A stretch of 64,000 nt of DNA from Candidatus Rokuibacteriota bacterium (lineage in GTDB: Bacteria; Methylomirabilota; Methylomirabilia; Rokubacteriales; DASRDR01). The notes under the pieces are model-generated. The model had not been told where the DNA came from, did no database searches, and saw only the letters and a program-made list of their open reading frames with translations. Shown here in pieces: positions 8,909 to 20,215 of the stretch. The DNA is taken from contig JBIOTN010000175.1 in assembly GCA_044866005.1 (NCBI GenBank), positions 1 through 64,000 on the forward strand, read 5' to 3'. Position numbers and translations under genes: made by a program. The number at the start of each line of letters is the position of its first letter. Within the stretch, counting starts at the first letter, position 1.

Positions 8909-11647
8909 TCACTCGAAGGCGTCGAGCTCGGCGAGGCTCCAGGCACTCGCGGCCGCGGGTCCGTCGGACGAGAGCCGGAGGTAGCGCAGCGAGGTCGGGG
9001 GAAACGCGACCGCCCAGCTCTCCTCCCCGTTCCGCAAGAGCTCCGAGCCGGACCAGTAGAGCGGCCCCGCCCACGCGAGGGGCTGAAGCGCGCGCCAGTC
9101 GCGGCCGTCCACCGACCCTTCGACCCGGAGGCCCCGCGCTCCGCCCGCCGCCGGCCCGGGCCGGCCCGCCAGCCCGCCGACCCGGCGCACCTGGCCGAGA
9201 TCCACCGTGAGCTGGCTCGCCGGCGTCGCGCCCGCCTGCCAGCGCGTCTCGTCGGCCCCGTCGATCGCGTGCCAGGCCTCCGCCGTGTTCTCGCTCGCCG
9301 TCGCGCGCCACCCGTCCCGCGGCAGCCGCCGCGGCACCGGCCCCGGGGTCAGGAGGAGCAGGCGGTACGCGCCGGCGGCGCGCTCCCGGACCGCGATGCC
9401 CTGGCCCGCGAGCATGGCCCGGACGCCCGGGGCGTCGGCGTCGGCCCCCAGAAGGATCGCGTAGTCCCGTCGCGCCCGGAAGCGCCCGAGCTCTCGAGGG
9501 TCGGGCGAGTGCCCGTAGGAGTTCGTGGCCGCGTTCGACTGCTCGCCGGCGATGCGGCCGTGGGACTCGGCCTGGACCCACGCCGACAGCCAGTGATCGG
9601 CGTACACGAACTGGACGCCCTCCTCGCGCAGCGCCGCCGTGATCTCTCCCTCCCGCGGCAGCGGCGGACGCGGCCCTCCCGGTCCGTACACGAACAGCTC
9701 CCGCGCCGCCCAGTCGCGATACGGGACCTCTCCCGTCTGCACCAGCCGCACCAGCCGCGTCCGCACCGGCGGGAAGATCGCCTGCACGCGCCCCTGCCGC
9801 ACCTTGAGGAATGCATGGTGCTCGGAGAAGAACAGCGGCCCCCAGTACTGCGGGACGACGACCACCGGCTGCCAGCGCTTGCCGTCTCTCGACACCTCCA
9901 CGCGATACCCCGAGGGCACCTCCTGCCAGTCGATCGCCAGGAGATCCACCCGGGTGACCGTCTCCTCCCTGCCGAGATCCACGGCGACCCACTGCCCCGG
10001 CGCCTGCGGGCCGGGGCTCCGCCACCCCGTCGACGCGTCCCGGTCGATCAGGTTCGCCGCCTCCGACGCGTTCCCGCTCGCCCTCACCACCCATCCCTCG
10101 GGCCCGATCGGCACGAACCCCGTGGCGAAGGTCGGCACCGGCTCGAGGACGTAGATCGCGCCCACCGGCGTCTCGCGGACGTCGATGCCGAGGGCCCGCA
10201 GCCCGCTGTGAAGCTCCTTCCGGAGCGTTCGGGTCACGATGGGCGGCGCCGCCGCGGCGTCCACCGCGTGGGCGTGCGGCAGCGCGCCCTCGCGCCAGAG
10301 ATCGGCCGCCACGATCCGCATCCCCGTGAGGTAGGTGAACTCGTACGATTGCAAGTGGGGCACGTCGGCGAAGTAGACCCGCCGGATCCCCCGCTCGTCC
10401 AGCCAGCGCACCACCGGGGCCATGCGCCCCTTGACCGAGGCCCAGCGCCACTGGGACGGGGTGGTCCGGGCCACGGTGTCCCCCGTGTTGCTCCAGGCAT
10501 GGAGGCCGAGCAGCGTGGCCAGCGCTGCGGCGCCGACCGCTCGCCGCGCCGACCACAGCCCGTGGAGCGTGTCGCCGATCCAGTACGGCAGGACGGAGTA
10601 GAGCGGCAGGAGGTAGCGGCCTTCGAGGGGACGCGAGCTGACGGCGGCGAGGGCGAGGTTGGCGAGCAGCACCCCCCACAGGAGCAGTCGGCCAGCCGCG
10701 GCCGGGGGCGCGGACCGCCGCGCCCCCGCGGCCCACCTCAGCGCGCCACGGTCTCGGATCGCGGCCCCGACGACCGCGGCCACGGCGAGCAGCAGCACGG
10801 CCAGCTCGAGCACGCCCTCCAGGGAGGGTGTCAGGCGAGCGAGCCGGACGCCCAGCACATCGGGAATCAGTCGGCCGGTCAGGAGGCGGATCCGTTCGCC
10901 GAGGGGCTCGGCCTCGACGTAGCCGGCCTGGTGCAGGACGAAGCGGCTCGAGGGGAAGTACTGCGCCTCGTACACCCACGCGGGCAGCCCGCCGAGGGCC
11001 AGGCCGCCGACGAAGAGCCAGATCCGGGGGCGCCAGAGGAGGCCCGTCCGCACCGCCAGGAGGCCGAAGGGCACCAGGTACACCACGACCAGCGGATTCG
11101 TCCACCACCCCAGGCCGGTCAGGAGGCCCAGCACGAGGAGCGCGCGCGGACACCCCGGGCGGCGAAAGAAGAGGGTATGGGTGGCGAGCAGGACGAGGTT
11201 CCCGAGGAGCACCAGGAAGATCCAGTTCATGTTCCCCGAGAGGCTCCAGTGGGACAGCTCGACCGGAGGGACGGCCAGGACGGCCAGGGCGAAGAGCGCG
11301 GGGATGGGCTCGAGGACGCGTCGCGCCAGCAACCAGCCGGTCCACAGACACGCGACTCCCGCCGCCCAGGCGAAGATGTCCAGCGCGACCGAGGACCCGC
11401 CGGCCAGGGTGAACCAGATCGCCAGCGGGTAGGACGGGCTCGCGCCCAGGTACTCGATCGTCATGTGGTGGACCGGGAAGTCTCCCCCGAGGGCCTGGAG
11501 CGCCTGGATCGCGAGCTTGCTCTCGTCCCAGTGCGCCCAGGCCAGGCCGGCGAAGCGCCCCGCAAACCTGAGAGCGCGGACGAGCGCGCCGAGCGCGAGG
11601 AGGGCCACGACCACGAGCACGGCCCGCGGCGGCCTCAGTCGAAACAC
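8909..11647 (-). CDS. ArnT/PMT-like glycosyltransferase with two F5/8 type C (discoidin) domains
   Basis: HWDE after TM1, GLGWWTNPL, two AS..A..(L/A)ID...T.W....DLG modules. GTG start overlaps the upstream stop; the ORF-track start at 14344 is a shadow extension. Confidence 0.85.
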   Translation of the reverse strand: MFRLRPPRAVLVVVALLALGALVRALRFAGRFAGLAWAHWDESKLAIQALQALGGDFPVHHMTIEYLGASPSYPLAIWFTLAGGSSVALDIFAWAAGVACLWTGWLLARRVLEPIPALFALAVLAVPPVELSHWSLSGNMNWIFLVLLGNLVLLATHTLFFRRPGCPRALLVLGLLTGLGWWTNPLVVVYLVPFGLLAVRTGLLWRPRIWLFVGGLALGGLPAWVYEAQYFPSSRFVLHQAGYVEAEPLGERIRLLTGRLIPDVLGVRLARLTPSLEGVLELAVLLLAVAAVVGAAIRDRGALRWAAGARRSAPPAAAGRLLLWGVLLANLALAAVSSRPLEGRYLLPLYSVLPYWIGDTLHGLWSARRAVGAAALATLLGLHAWSNTGDTVARTTPSQWRWASVKGRMAPVVRWLDERGIRRVYFADVPHLQSYEFTYLTGMRIVAADLWREGALPHAHAVDAAAAPPIVTRTLRKELHSGLRALGIDVRETPVGAIYVLEPVPTFATGFVPIGPEGWVVRASGNASEAANLIDRDASTGWRSPGPQAPGQWVAVDLGREETVTRVDLLAIDWQEVPSGYRVEVSRDGKRWQPVVVVPQYWGPLFFSEHHAFLKVRQGRVQAIFPPVRTRLVRLVQTGEVPYRDWAARELFVYGPGGPRPPLPREGEITAALREEGVQFVYADHWLSAWVQAESHGRIAGEQSNAATNSYGHSPDPRELGRFRARRDYAILLGADADAPGVRAMLAGQGIAVRERAAGAYRLLLLTPGPVPRRLPRDGWRATASENTAEAWHAIDGADETRWQAGATPASQLTVDLGQVRRVGGLAGRPGPAAGGARGLRVEGSVDGRDWRALQPLAWAGPLYWSGSELLRNGEESWAVAFPPTSLRYLRLSSDGPAAASAWSLAELDAFE

Positions 11648-14394
11648 TCGAGCTCCTCGATGACCCACGGGGCCGCGGCCGCCTCCACCGCCGGCGAGAG
11701 CCGCAGGTAACGCAGCGCGGTCGCTGGAAACGACACCGCCCAGCCGTCCTTGCCGTGGCGCAAGAGCTCCGACCCCGACCAGTACACCGGCCCCGCCCAC
11801 GCCAGCGGCTGAAGCGGCGTCCACGCCCGCCCGTCCATCGAGCCCTCGAGCCGAAGCGGCGCGAGACCGCCCGCGCCAGGCCCCGGGCGCACGGCGACGC
11901 GGCTCACCCGGCGTCCCTGTCCCAGGTCCAGCGTGAAGCGCATCGCCGGGCGCGCCGGGCCCGGCGAGGCCCAGGCCGTCCCCCGGTCGCCGTCGATGGC
12001 GAGGGGCGCGGCTGCCGCGTTCTCGCTGGCCGTGGCCCGCCAGCCGCCCCTGGCGAGGCGGGCCGGCGGCGCCGTCCGCGCGGTGATCACCAGCAGGGGG
12101 TAGGGCCCCGCCGTCGTGTCCCGCACGGCCACCGATTGGCCGGCGAGCATGGCCCGGATGGCCGCCGGATCCCCGTCCGACCCGACCAGGATGGCGTGCC
12201 CCGGCTCGGCCCGAAAGCGATCCAGGCTCTCGGGTGGGGGCAGCGTGCGCCCGTACGCATTGAGATTGATGTTGGACGGGAGCGCCCCGATCCTTCCTCG
12301 GGACTCCGCCTGCACCCGGGCCGAGAGCCAATGATTGGCGTAGACGAAGCTCACCCCCGCCTGGCGCAGCGCCGCCGTCAGCTCCCCCTCGCGCAGAACG
12401 CTGGGGCGGCCCGGGCCCGGGCCGTAGACGAACAGCTCCCGCGCCGCCCAGCCCTGATACGCCACCTCCCCCGTCTGCACGACGCGCACCCGCCGCGCCC
12501 GCCGCGGCGGAAAGATCGCCTGCACCCGCCCGCGCCGCGCTTTCAAGAACGCGTGGTGCTCCGAAAAGAACAGCGGCCCCCAGTACTCCCGGACCGCGAC
12601 CACCTCCCGCCAGCCCTCGGCTGCCTGGAAGACCTCCACGCGGAAGCCCACCGGCACCTCTCGCCACTCCACCGCCAGCAGGTCCACCCGCGCCACCGTC
12701 TCCTCCCTGCCGAGGTCGACCGCGATCCACTGCCCCGGCCGCTGCGGTCCGGCCGTCCGCCAGCCCGTGGACGCGTCGCCGTCGATCAAGTTCGCGGCCG
12801 CCGCCCCATTCTCGCTGGCGCTCGCCGCCCAGCCGTCCGGCCGGATCGGCACGAACCCCGTCTGGAACGTCGGCAGGGGCTCGAGCACCAGGATCCCGGC
12901 CCGCCTCGTCTCTCGCGCCGCCATGCCGATCCCTCGCAGGCTCTCCCGCAACGGTCCGGCCAGCCGGCTCCGTTCCCGCAGGAGGATGGGCGGCGCCTCG
13001 GCCGCGTCCACGAGGTGGCCGTGGGAGACCGCTTCCTCGTTCCAGAGGCTGGCGGCGACGACTCGCCTTTCGGCCAGGTAGCTGAACTCGTAGGCCGGCA
13101 TCCGCAAGGGGTCCACCCAGTAGGCGCGTCGGATCCCGTCTGCGTCCAGCCACCGCATCAGCGGCTGCGCCGCCCGCGCCACGGGGGCCCAGCGCCGGTC
13201 CTCCGCCGGCGTCCGGCCCAGCGTGTCCACCCAGTTCGCCCACAGGTGAGCGCCGAGGATCAGGACGACCGCCGCGCGCCCCAGGGCCGGTCGCAGGCGC
13301 GCCAGCCAGGACAGCGCCTCGCCCATCCAGCACGGCGCCACGGAGTAGAGCGAGAGCAGATAGTAGTTGTCGGGGGTCCGGGACGTCGCGAGGATCAGAG
13401 CCAGGTTCGTGAGCGCCACCCACCAGAGGATCGAGCGGCCTCCCGCGGGACCGCCGCCCAGGCCGATCGTCCACGCGAGCTCGCGCCGGTCCTCCCGTGC
13501 CGCGCGGATCAGCGCGAGCCCCCAGAGCAGAAGGAGGGCGAGCGGCAGGACCGCGGCCGCCGATCGCATCCCCCGGAGATCGACTCCCAGGATGCTGGGG
13601 ATGAACTTGCCTGCCACGAGGGCCAGCCGATCCCGAAACTGCTCCAGCCCGACCGACCCGGCGAGCGCGAAGCGGGACGACGGGAAGTGCTGGAGCTCGT
13701 AGAGCCAGGCGGGGAGCCCCCCCAGGAGCACGCCCAGGGGAACGAGCCCGGCGCGGGCCCGCCAGAGCAGCGCGGTCCGCACCGCGAGCAGGCCGAACGG
13801 CGCCAGGTAGACGACGATCAGCGGATTGGTCCACCAGCCGAGCCCGGCGAGGACTCCGAGAACCAGCAGCGTGCGGCGACGCCCGGGCCGGCGGAAGAAC
13901 AGGGTATGGGTGGCGAGGAGCAGCAGATTTCCGATGATCAGCAGTCCGCTCTGGTTCAGGTTCCCGATGAGACTCCACCGCGCGAGGATCAGGGGCGGAA
14001 CGGCCAGGACCGCCAGGGCGAGAAGCGCCGCCCGCGGCGGGAGAAGCCGGCGCGCCACGAGGTACGCGGTCGTGAGGACCCCGAGTCCGACGCCGTAGTC
14101 GAACAGATCCAGGGCCAGCGTCGAGGCGCCGGCGACGGCGAACCAGACGGCGAGGGGATAGGACGGCGCGGCGCCCAGATACTCGAGCCCCAGGATCTGG
14201 ACGGGGAGCTCTCCTCCCAGGATCTCCATGGCGGGGAGCGCGTACCGCGCGTCGTCCCAGTGGGCCCACCAGAACAGGCGCCCCCAGAACCGGAGCGCCC
14301 GCACGGCCGCCCCCACCGCGAGGAGCACGAGCACGGGCAGCCACGCCGGGAGGCGGCGCGCCCCCGGCGACGCGGCCTCGAGCGCGTGCGCCAC
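11635..14394 (-). CDS. ArnT/PMT-like glycosyltransferase with two discoidin domains (tandem paralogue)
   Basis: HWDD, GLGWWTNPL, same architecture and high similarity to 8909..11647. Start approximate. Confidence 0.85.
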   Translation of the reverse strand: MAHALEAASPGARRLPAWLPVLVLLAVGAAVRALRFWGRLFWWAHWDDARYALPAMEILGGELPVQILGLEYLGAAPSYPLAVWFAVAGASTLALDLFDYGVGLGVLTTAYLVARRLLPPRAALLALAVLAVPPLILARWSLIGNLNQSGLLIIGNLLLLATHTLFFRRPGRRRTLLVLGVLAGLGWWTNPLIVVYLAPFGLLAVRTALLWRARAGLVPLGVLLGGLPAWLYELQHFPSSRFALAGSVGLEQFRDRLALVAGKFIPSILGVDLRGMRSAAAVLPLALLLLWGLALIRAAREDRRELAWTIGLGGGPAGGRSILWWVALTNLALILATSRTPDNYYLLSLYSVAPCWMGEALSWLARLRPALGRAAVVLILGAHLWANWVDTLGRTPAEDRRWAPVARAAQPLMRWLDADGIRRAYWVDPLRMPAYEFSYLAERRVVAASLWNEEAVSHGHLVDAAEAPPILLRERSRLAGPLRESLRGIGMAARETRRAGILVLEPLPTFQTGFVPIRPDGWAASASENGAAAANLIDGDASTGWRTAGPQRPGQWIAVDLGREETVARVDLLAVEWREVPVGFRVEVFQAAEGWREVVAVREYWGPLFFSEHHAFLKARRGRVQAIFPPRRARRVRVVQTGEVAYQGWAARELFVYGPGPGRPSVLREGELTAALRQAGVSFVYANHWLSARVQAESRGRIGALPSNINLNAYGRTLPPPESLDRFRAEPGHAILVGSDGDPAAIRAMLAGQSVAVRDTTAGPYPLLVITARTAPPARLARGGWRATASENAAAAPLAIDGDRGTAWASPGPARPAMRFTLDLGQGRRVSRVAVRPGPGAGGLAPLRLEGSMDGRAWTPLQPLAWAGPVYWSGSELLRHGKDGWAVSFPATALRYLRLSPAVEAAAAPWVIEELECFD

Positions 14395-14405
14395 GAGCGG
14401 CAGAG

Positions 14406-15164
14406 TCAGACGGCGGGGCGGGCCCGCGGCATGAAGAGCGGGTCCCGCCGGAGGCCCAGGCGGTGGGCGTAGAAGCGGCCGAGCGTCCAGAGCGTCTTCA
14501 CGCCGTAGGTCACGCTCCGCCGGAAGCCGATGGACGACGCTTCGGCCATGTAGCGGACCGGGACCGGCACGTCGCCGATCCGGAAGTCGAAGTGCACGGC
14601 CTGGATCAGGAGCTGCGAGTCGAAGACGAAGTCGTCGGAGTTGGCGTGGTAGGGGATCGTCTCGAGGACCTGCCGCGCGTAGGCCCGGAAGCCCGAGTGG
14701 AACTCGCCGAGGTTCTGCCCCAGCGCCACGTTCTCCACCAGCGTGAGGAACCGGTTCGCGAAGTACTTGTAGACCGGCATGCCGCAGTCCAGCGCCTCGC
14801 GCCGGGTGCGGATGCGCGAGCCCAGGACGACGTCGCAGACGCCGGCCTCGATGAAGCCCGTGAGGAACGGCGTGAGCCGGCTGTCGTACTGGTAGTCGGG
14901 ATGGATCATGATGACGATGTCCGCGCCCCGCTTGAGCGCCTCGTCGTAGCACGTCTTCTGGTTGGCCCCGTACCCGCGGTTGGCGGCGTGCGCGATGACC
15001 GAGAGGCCGAGCGCCCGCGCGATCTCGACGGTCCGATCCCGGCTCGCATCGTCCACGACGATGACCTCGTCCACGGTCTCGGGCGGGATGTCACGGTAGG
15101 TCTTCTCCAGGGTCGACGCCGCGTTGTACGCCGGCATGACCGCGACGACCCGCAGACGGCCCAT
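14406..15164 (-). CDS. GT2 polyprenyl-phosphate glycosyltransferase (DPM1-like)
   Basis: [35 protein letters not shown]. Confidence 0.92.
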   Translation of the reverse strand: MGRLRVVAVMPAYNAASTLEKTYRDIPPETVDEVIVVDDASRDRTVEIARALGLSVIAHAANRGYGANQKTCYDEALKRGADIVIMIHPDYQYDSRLTPFLTGFIEAGVCDVVLGSRIRTRREALDCGMPVYKYFANRFLTLVENVALGQNLGEFHSGFRAYARQVLETIPYHANSDDFVFDSQLLIQAVHFDFRIGDVPVPVRYMAEASSIGFRRSVTYGVKTLWTLGRFYAHRLGLRRDPLFMPRARPAV

Positions 15165-15207
15165 GGAGTCCGATTCTGCCTCATCGACGTCGCGGGGGAA
15201 AGCGTCC

Positions 15208-15216
15208 TGATACAAT
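15208..15216 (+). promoter_or_regulatory. extended -10 TGaTACAAT
   Basis: Near-consensus, 10 nt before ATG 15227. Confidence 0.6.
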
Positions 15217-15226
15217 GGGCAGGCGC

Positions 15227-17980
15227 ATGGCCTCCCCGCCTCCGCCCGCCGGCGCCGCCCGGGTCGGGATCGCTTCGACGTTCCGCGCCGGACGCCTCTT
15301 CCGCGTCGCACTCGCGGTCACCGCCCTCGGCCTCGCGATCCGTCTGGGCGCCGCCGTCACCGCGCCGATCTGGTTCGACGAGGCGACGGTCGGGCTCATG
15401 GGCCGCCACGTCCTGCGGGGGGACTTCCCGTGGTTCTTCTACGGCCAGACGTTCATGGGCGCGGCGGAGGCGTACCTCCACGCCATCCCCTTCGCCCTGT
15501 GGGGCGCCTCGGAGACGACCTTGCGCCTGTGGCCGGTGACCCTGTCGCTCGTCCACGCCGCGCTCGTCGGCCTCCTGGCACGGCGCCTCTTCGGGATGGG
15601 GCGCTTCGCCGCCCTGCTGGCCATCGTCCCCCCGCCGTTCCTCCTCAAGTGGGCGTACGACGCCCGGCTCCACTACGACGCGATCCTCGTCTTCACGCCG
15701 CTCCTCCTCCTGCTCGGCCTCGTCGTGCTCGACGCGGCCCGGACGCCGGCCGAGCGGAGCCGCGCGCTCCTGGTCTTCGCCGTCGTCGCCGGGATCGGAT
15801 GGTGGATCAACCTGCTGCTCTCGCTCCTCCCCGCGGCGCTCGCGGTGGCGCTCCTCCTCGTCCGGCCACGGCTGCACCCCTCGGCCTGGGCCGCGCCCCT
15901 GGGGTTCCTCGCGGGGAGCGCGCCCTTCTGGCTCTTCTCGCTGGCTCACGGTCGGCTGGCCCTGGGCACGGCGCGGCTCGTCTCGGCGCCCGATCTGGCC
16001 GACCACGGGCGGGAGCTCGTCCTGCACGCCCTGCCGATCGTCCTGGGTCTCCCCGCGCGATGGCTCCCCGGCCTGCCGCGCCCCGGCCTGGCCGTGGCCG
16101 GCGTCGGCCTCGTCCTCGCCGCCGCCGTCGTGGCGCTCGGCGATCGCCGCGCCCGGGCGGGCGGCCGGCTCCTCCTGGCGACGCTCGTGGCGCTGACGGT
16201 CGCCTCCGTGCTGGCCACCGAGCACGGGCGGAACCTCGCGACCGAAGACCCGCGCTACCTGCTGCCCCTGGTCGCCGTCCTGCCCGTGCTGGTGGGCGGG
16301 GCCCTGGCGCGCCTTCATCGCGTCTCGCCCGTCGTGGCCGGCGCCGCCGCGCTCCTGCTCGTCCTGTCGAACGGCGCCGGCCTCATCACGCGCTACTCGT
16401 TCCTCGTCTCGCCCGCGAGGTGGCAGGCGTACCGGCTCTCCGTGCTCGGCCCGGCGCAGCGCGTGGCCTTCATGCGCGCGCGCGGGCTTACCGCGCTCTA
16501 CACCCACGACCCGGACGTCCTCACCTTCGTGAGCGGCGAGCGGGCGAGCGTCTCCCACTTTTACCTGGAGTCCTACCCACCGCTGGCGCGGCACGTGGAC
16601 GGCGCCGAACGCGTCGCCTACTTCTCGCAGGACCCGCCGGCCGGCTTCGCCGAGAGCCTGACGGCCGCCGGCATCCGGTTCGCGCGCATGCGCTCCCCGC
16701 TCGGGACCCTCTACACCGAGTTCACCCTCGAGCACGCCGACTACCGGGAGATCCCGCGAGAGCGGCTCGTCGCGACGGCCTCGGACCGTCCCCGGAGCGC
16801 CGCGCACGCCCTCGATCGCGACGCCGCGACGCGCTGGGACAGCGGCGGGCCGGCGCGCGCCGGGACGTGGTTCCAGGTCGACCTCGGGCGGATCCACCCG
16901 ATCGGCATGCTGGCGTGGCTTCCGGGCGGATTCCAGGAAGTGCCCGCCGGCTTCCGCGTCGAGGCCTCGGCGGACGGCGAGGCCTGGACGACCGTCCGCG
17001 AGGCGGCGCCGTACTACGGACCGCTCTACTGGTCCGGCGCCCATCCCCTGGGCCGCGTCCGGTGGGGCCGCGTCGAGGTGCGCTTTCCGAGCATATGGGC
17101 CCGCCATCTCAGGATCACGCACCTGGGCGAGCAGCAGCGCTTCCCCTGGAGCATCCGCGAGCTCTCCGTCTACGAGGCCCTGCCCGCGCTCACCGCGGTC
17201 CGGCCCGCCGACGTCGGCGCGACCGCCGCCGCGCTCCGTCGCGCCGGGATCGAGCGCGTCTACGCCGACCACGGCGTGGGCGCCCGGCTCGCGGCGGCCG
17301 CCGGGCAGGCCCTCGCCCTCCAGCCGGCGAACCTTCGCGTCGACGCCTACGGCTGGAGTCCCGCGCCGAACGAGCTGCCGCTCTTCCGGCCGCACGCCGA
17401 CACGGCCCTCGTCCACCCCGTCGGGCTCGCCTCGGCCGAGTCGATCCAGGCCATGCTCCGGGACGCGGGCTGGACCTTCGCCGTCGAGGAGGTCGGCGGC
17501 CACCGGATCCTGAGCCGCTTCACGCCCGGCGCGCTGCCGGCGGGTGGCAGCGCCCCGCGCATCGCCCGGGTCGTCGCGTCGACCGCCGGGGCCGACGCCG
17601 CGGCCGTCCTCGACGGGCAGCCCGCGACCCGGTGGACCACCGCCGGACCGCAGCGCCCGGGCGCCTGGCTGCGGGTCGAGCTCGCGGAGCCGGCCCGGGT
17701 CGCGGGGCTCGTGCTCGAGCTCGGCCCGTTCCGCACCGACTATCCCCGGGGCCTGGTGGTCGAGAGCTCGGCGGACGGCCTCGGCTGGGACCCCGTGCGC
17801 GCCGACCTCCTGCTGCTCGGGCCGCTCCGGTGGACGGGCACGCACCTCCTCCGGGACGGGGTCGATCGCGTGCTCCTGCGCTTCGTGCCGCGACGGACCC
17901 GCGCGCTCCGGCTGACCTTGACGGGCCAGGATCCGGTTTTCGACTGGTCGGTCGCGGAGCTCCGGCTCTTCGGCGGCTGA
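15227..17980 (+). CDS. ArnT/PMT-like glycosyltransferase with two discoidin domains
   Basis: [48 protein letters not shown]. Confidence 0.87.
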   Translation: MASPPPPAGAARVGIASTFRAGRLFRVALAVTALGLAIRLGAAVTAPIWFDEATVGLMGRHVLRGDFPWFFYGQTFMGAAEAYLHAIPFALWGASETTLRLWPVTLSLVHAALVGLLARRLFGMGRFAALLAIVPPPFLLKWAYDARLHYDAILVFTPLLLLLGLVVLDAARTPAERSRALLVFAVVAGIGWWINLLLSLLPAALAVALLLVRPRLHPSAWAAPLGFLAGSAPFWLFSLAHGRLALGTARLVSAPDLADHGRELVLHALPIVLGLPARWLPGLPRPGLAVAGVGLVLAAAVVALGDRRARAGGRLLLATLVALTVASVLATEHGRNLATEDPRYLLPLVAVLPVLVGGALARLHRVSPVVAGAAALLLVLSNGAGLITRYSFLVSPARWQAYRLSVLGPAQRVAFMRARGLTALYTHDPDVLTFVSGERASVSHFYLESYPPLARHVDGAERVAYFSQDPPAGFAESLTAAGIRFARMRSPLGTLYTEFTLEHADYREIPRERLVATASDRPRSAAHALDRDAATRWDSGGPARAGTWFQVDLGRIHPIGMLAWLPGGFQEVPAGFRVEASADGEAWTTVREAAPYYGPLYWSGAHPLGRVRWGRVEVRFPSIWARHLRITHLGEQQRFPWSIRELSVYEALPALTAVRPADVGATAAALRRAGIERVYADHGVGARLAAAAGQALALQPANLRVDAYGWSPAPNELPLFRPHADTALVHPVGLASAESIQAMLRDAGWTFAVEEVGGHRILSRFTPGALPAGGSAPRIARVVASTAGADAAAVLDGQPATRWTTAGPQRPGAWLRVELAEPARVAGLVLELGPFRTDYPRGLVVESSADGLGWDPVRADLLLLGPLRWTGTHLLRDGVDRVLLRFVPRRTRALRLTLTGQDPVFDWSVAELRLFGG

Positions 17981-18066
17981 ACGCCCCGCGCCCGCACGAC
18001 CCGTCGGCGAAGCCTGAGGCCCGGACACGCTGCCGTTTTCCGGCCGCCGGCCCGCCCGGGGGCCGC

Positions 18067-18075
18067 TGGTATAAT
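18067..18075 (+). promoter_or_regulatory. extended -10 TGgTATAAT
   Basis: Perfect consensus; in-frame GTG at 18082. Confidence 0.7.
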
Positions 18076-18099
18076 GCCCCGGTGGACGCGGGACCTTCC

Positions 18100-19521
18100 A
18101 TGCGGCTGTCCGTCGTCGTGCCGGTCTACAACGAGCGGCTCACGCTGCCCGAGATCCTCGAGCGGATCCAGGCGGTCACGATCCCCAAGGAGATCGTGAT
18201 CGTCGACGACGGCTCCACGGACGGGACCCGCGAGATGCTCCGGCAGCTCGAGGCCGAGCTCGATGCGGCCCGGCGGGCCGGCACGTTCGACGAGAAGAAC
18301 GAGATCCGGGTCTTCTACCAGGAGACGAACCAGGGAAAGGGCGCGGCGCTTCGCCGGGGGTTTGCCGAGGCGCGGGGCGACATCGTCCTGGTGCAGGACG
18401 CCGACCTCGAGTACGACCCCCGCGAATATCCCAAGCTCATCGCCCCCATCCTCGACGGCAAGGCCGACGCGGTCTACGGCTCCCGCTTCATGGGCTTTCC
18501 CCGCCGGGTCCTCTTCTTCTGGCACCACCTGGCCAACAAGTTCCTCACGCTCGCCTCGAACGTGGCCACCAACCTGAACCTGACCGACATGGAGACGGGC
18601 TACAAGGCCTTCCGGGCGGACATCATCAAGAGCATTCCGATCCGCTCGAACCGGTTCGGGGTCGAGCCCGAGGTGACGGCGAAGCTCGCGAAGCTGCGCG
18701 CCCGGATCTACGAGGTCCCCATCTCGTACGCCGGCCGCGGGTACTGGGAAGGGAAGAAGATCCGCTGGACCGACGGCGTGGCGGCGCTCTGGACCATCCT
18801 GAAGTACGTGGTCGTGGACGACCAGGACAACGCCGACCCGGGATACCAGACGCTCCTGCGCCTGGGGCGCGCCGAGCGCTACAACCGCTGGATGTTCGGC
18901 CAGCTCCAGCCCTACCTGGGGCAGCGGGTCCTGGAGATCGGCGCGGGGATCGGGACCCTGACCCGCTACCTGGTCGGGCGCGACCTCGTCCTCGTCAGCG
19001 AGCTGAACCCGCGCTACGTGCGGATCCTGGCCAACACCTTCGAGCGCCACACGCGCGTCCACGTGCTGCCGCTGGACCTCGAAGGCTTCGACCCCGCGGC
19101 GCTGCGGACCCACCGGCTCGACACCATCGTCTGCCTCAACGTCCTCGAGCACGTGCAGGACGACCGCGGGGCGCTCCGGCGGCTCCACGAGAGCCTGGTC
19201 CCGGGCGGGCGGCTCGTGCTCCTCGTGCCGGCGCACCGGCGGCTCCACGGCGCCATCGACGAGGCGCTCGGTCACCACCGGCGCTACGAGCGGGCGGAGC
19301 TCGCGGCCCGGCTTCAGGAGGCCGGCTTCCAGGTCGAGCGCCTCGCCTTCTTCAACCGGCTCGGCGTGCTGGGCTGGTACCTGAACAGCGTCCTGCTGCG
19401 CCGGAGCCGCGTCCCGGGACTCCAGGTGCGGCTCCAGAACCTGCTCGTCCCGGTCCTGCGCGCCGAGGGGGCCCTCTCGCTGCCCTTCGGCCTCTCCCTG
19501 ATCGGCGTGGGGCGGACGTAG
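18100..19521 (+). CDS. GT2 (DPM1-like) glycosyltransferase fused to a class I methyltransferase
   Basis: [29 protein letters not shown]; then [18 protein letters not shown]. Alternative start GTG 18082. Confidence 0.92.
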   Translation: MRLSVVVPVYNERLTLPEILERIQAVTIPKEIVIVDDGSTDGTREMLRQLEAELDAARRAGTFDEKNEIRVFYQETNQGKGAALRRGFAEARGDIVLVQDADLEYDPREYPKLIAPILDGKADAVYGSRFMGFPRRVLFFWHHLANKFLTLASNVATNLNLTDMETGYKAFRADIIKSIPIRSNRFGVEPEVTAKLAKLRARIYEVPISYAGRGYWEGKKIRWTDGVAALWTILKYVVVDDQDNADPGYQTLLRLGRAERYNRWMFGQLQPYLGQRVLEIGAGIGTLTRYLVGRDLVLVSELNPRYVRILANTFERHTRVHVLPLDLEGFDPAALRTHRLDTIVCLNVLEHVQDDRGALRRLHESLVPGGRLVLLVPAHRRLHGAIDEALGHHRRYERAELAARLQEAGFQVERLAFFNRLGVLGWYLNSVLLRRSRVPGLQVRLQNLLVPVLRAEGALSLPFGLSLIGVGRT

Positions 19522-19525
19522 CGGC

Positions 19526-20215
19526 GTGGCCTCCCCGCTCGCGCACGGGCTGGCCGGGGCCGTCGTGTACGCCGCGCTCACGCCGCGCAGCGCGACGGCG
19601 TGGGACTGGCGGCCCTGGGCGCTCGCGGCGTTCGCGGGGGCGGCGGCGGACCTGGACTTCCTGCCGGGCCTGGTCGTCGGCCATCCCAACCGCTACCACC
19701 ACTGGGCCACGCACAGCCTGCTCGCCGCCGTCGCCTTCGCCCTGGTCGTGGGCGCCGTGGCGTCCCCGGCGCTCGGCTCGCTCCGCCGCCGGGCGAGCGT
19801 GCTCGGCCTCGCCTACCTCTCGCACCTCGGGCTCGACGTCCTCACCGCGCACGTGCGGGTCCAGGGCATCCCGCTCTTCTGGCCGCTCTCCGACCGCGTC
19901 TTCATCGCGCCGGTCAGCGTCTTCTGGCACGTCCGGCACGGCCACGGCTGGGCGGCCTTCGTGAACTGGCACAACGTGGGGGCGGTCCTCCTCGAAGCGC
20001 TCCTCGTCGGCATCCCCGTCGCCCTCGTCCTCGCCTGGCGCGCCATGCGCGAGACCCGCGACGCAACAGCGCCGGCTTTCCCCGGGGGGAGGCAGGCCCG
20101 ATCCGTTCGCCGCCACGGCCGGGACTCCGTCCCGGCCGCCAATCGATCAGAACGGCCGCGGCTCAGGCCCGGAGGGCCGTCGGAGGGGGGCAACGCCCCC
20201 CTCCGAAGCGTATGA
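19526..20215 (+). CDS. YdjM-like inner-membrane metal-dependent hydrolase
   Basis: H at N-terminus, DLD, HH..THS, SH..LD, G.PLFWP. Confidence 0.85.
   Translation: MASPLAHGLAGAVVYAALTPRSATAWDWRPWALAAFAGAAADLDFLPGLVVGHPNRYHHWATHSLLAAVAFALVVGAVASPALGSLRRRASVLGLAYLSHLGLDVLTAHVRVQGIPLFWPLSDRVFIAPVSVFWHVRHGHGWAAFVNWHNVGAVLLEALLVGIPVALVLAWRAMRETRDATAPAFPGGRQARSVRRHGRDSVPAANRSERPRLRPGGPSEGGNAPLRSV

Noticed and set aside
8909..14344. 1811-aa giant ORF
   Set aside because: The first ~900 aa is an Arg/Gly/Pro-rich off-frame reading of the 11635..14394 gene; the real gene starts near 11647
15430..19521. 1363-aa ORF (and similarly 50626..55575, 19600..21180, 20328..22166)
   Set aside because: N-terminal extensions are shadow frames over upstream genes, expected at this GC content
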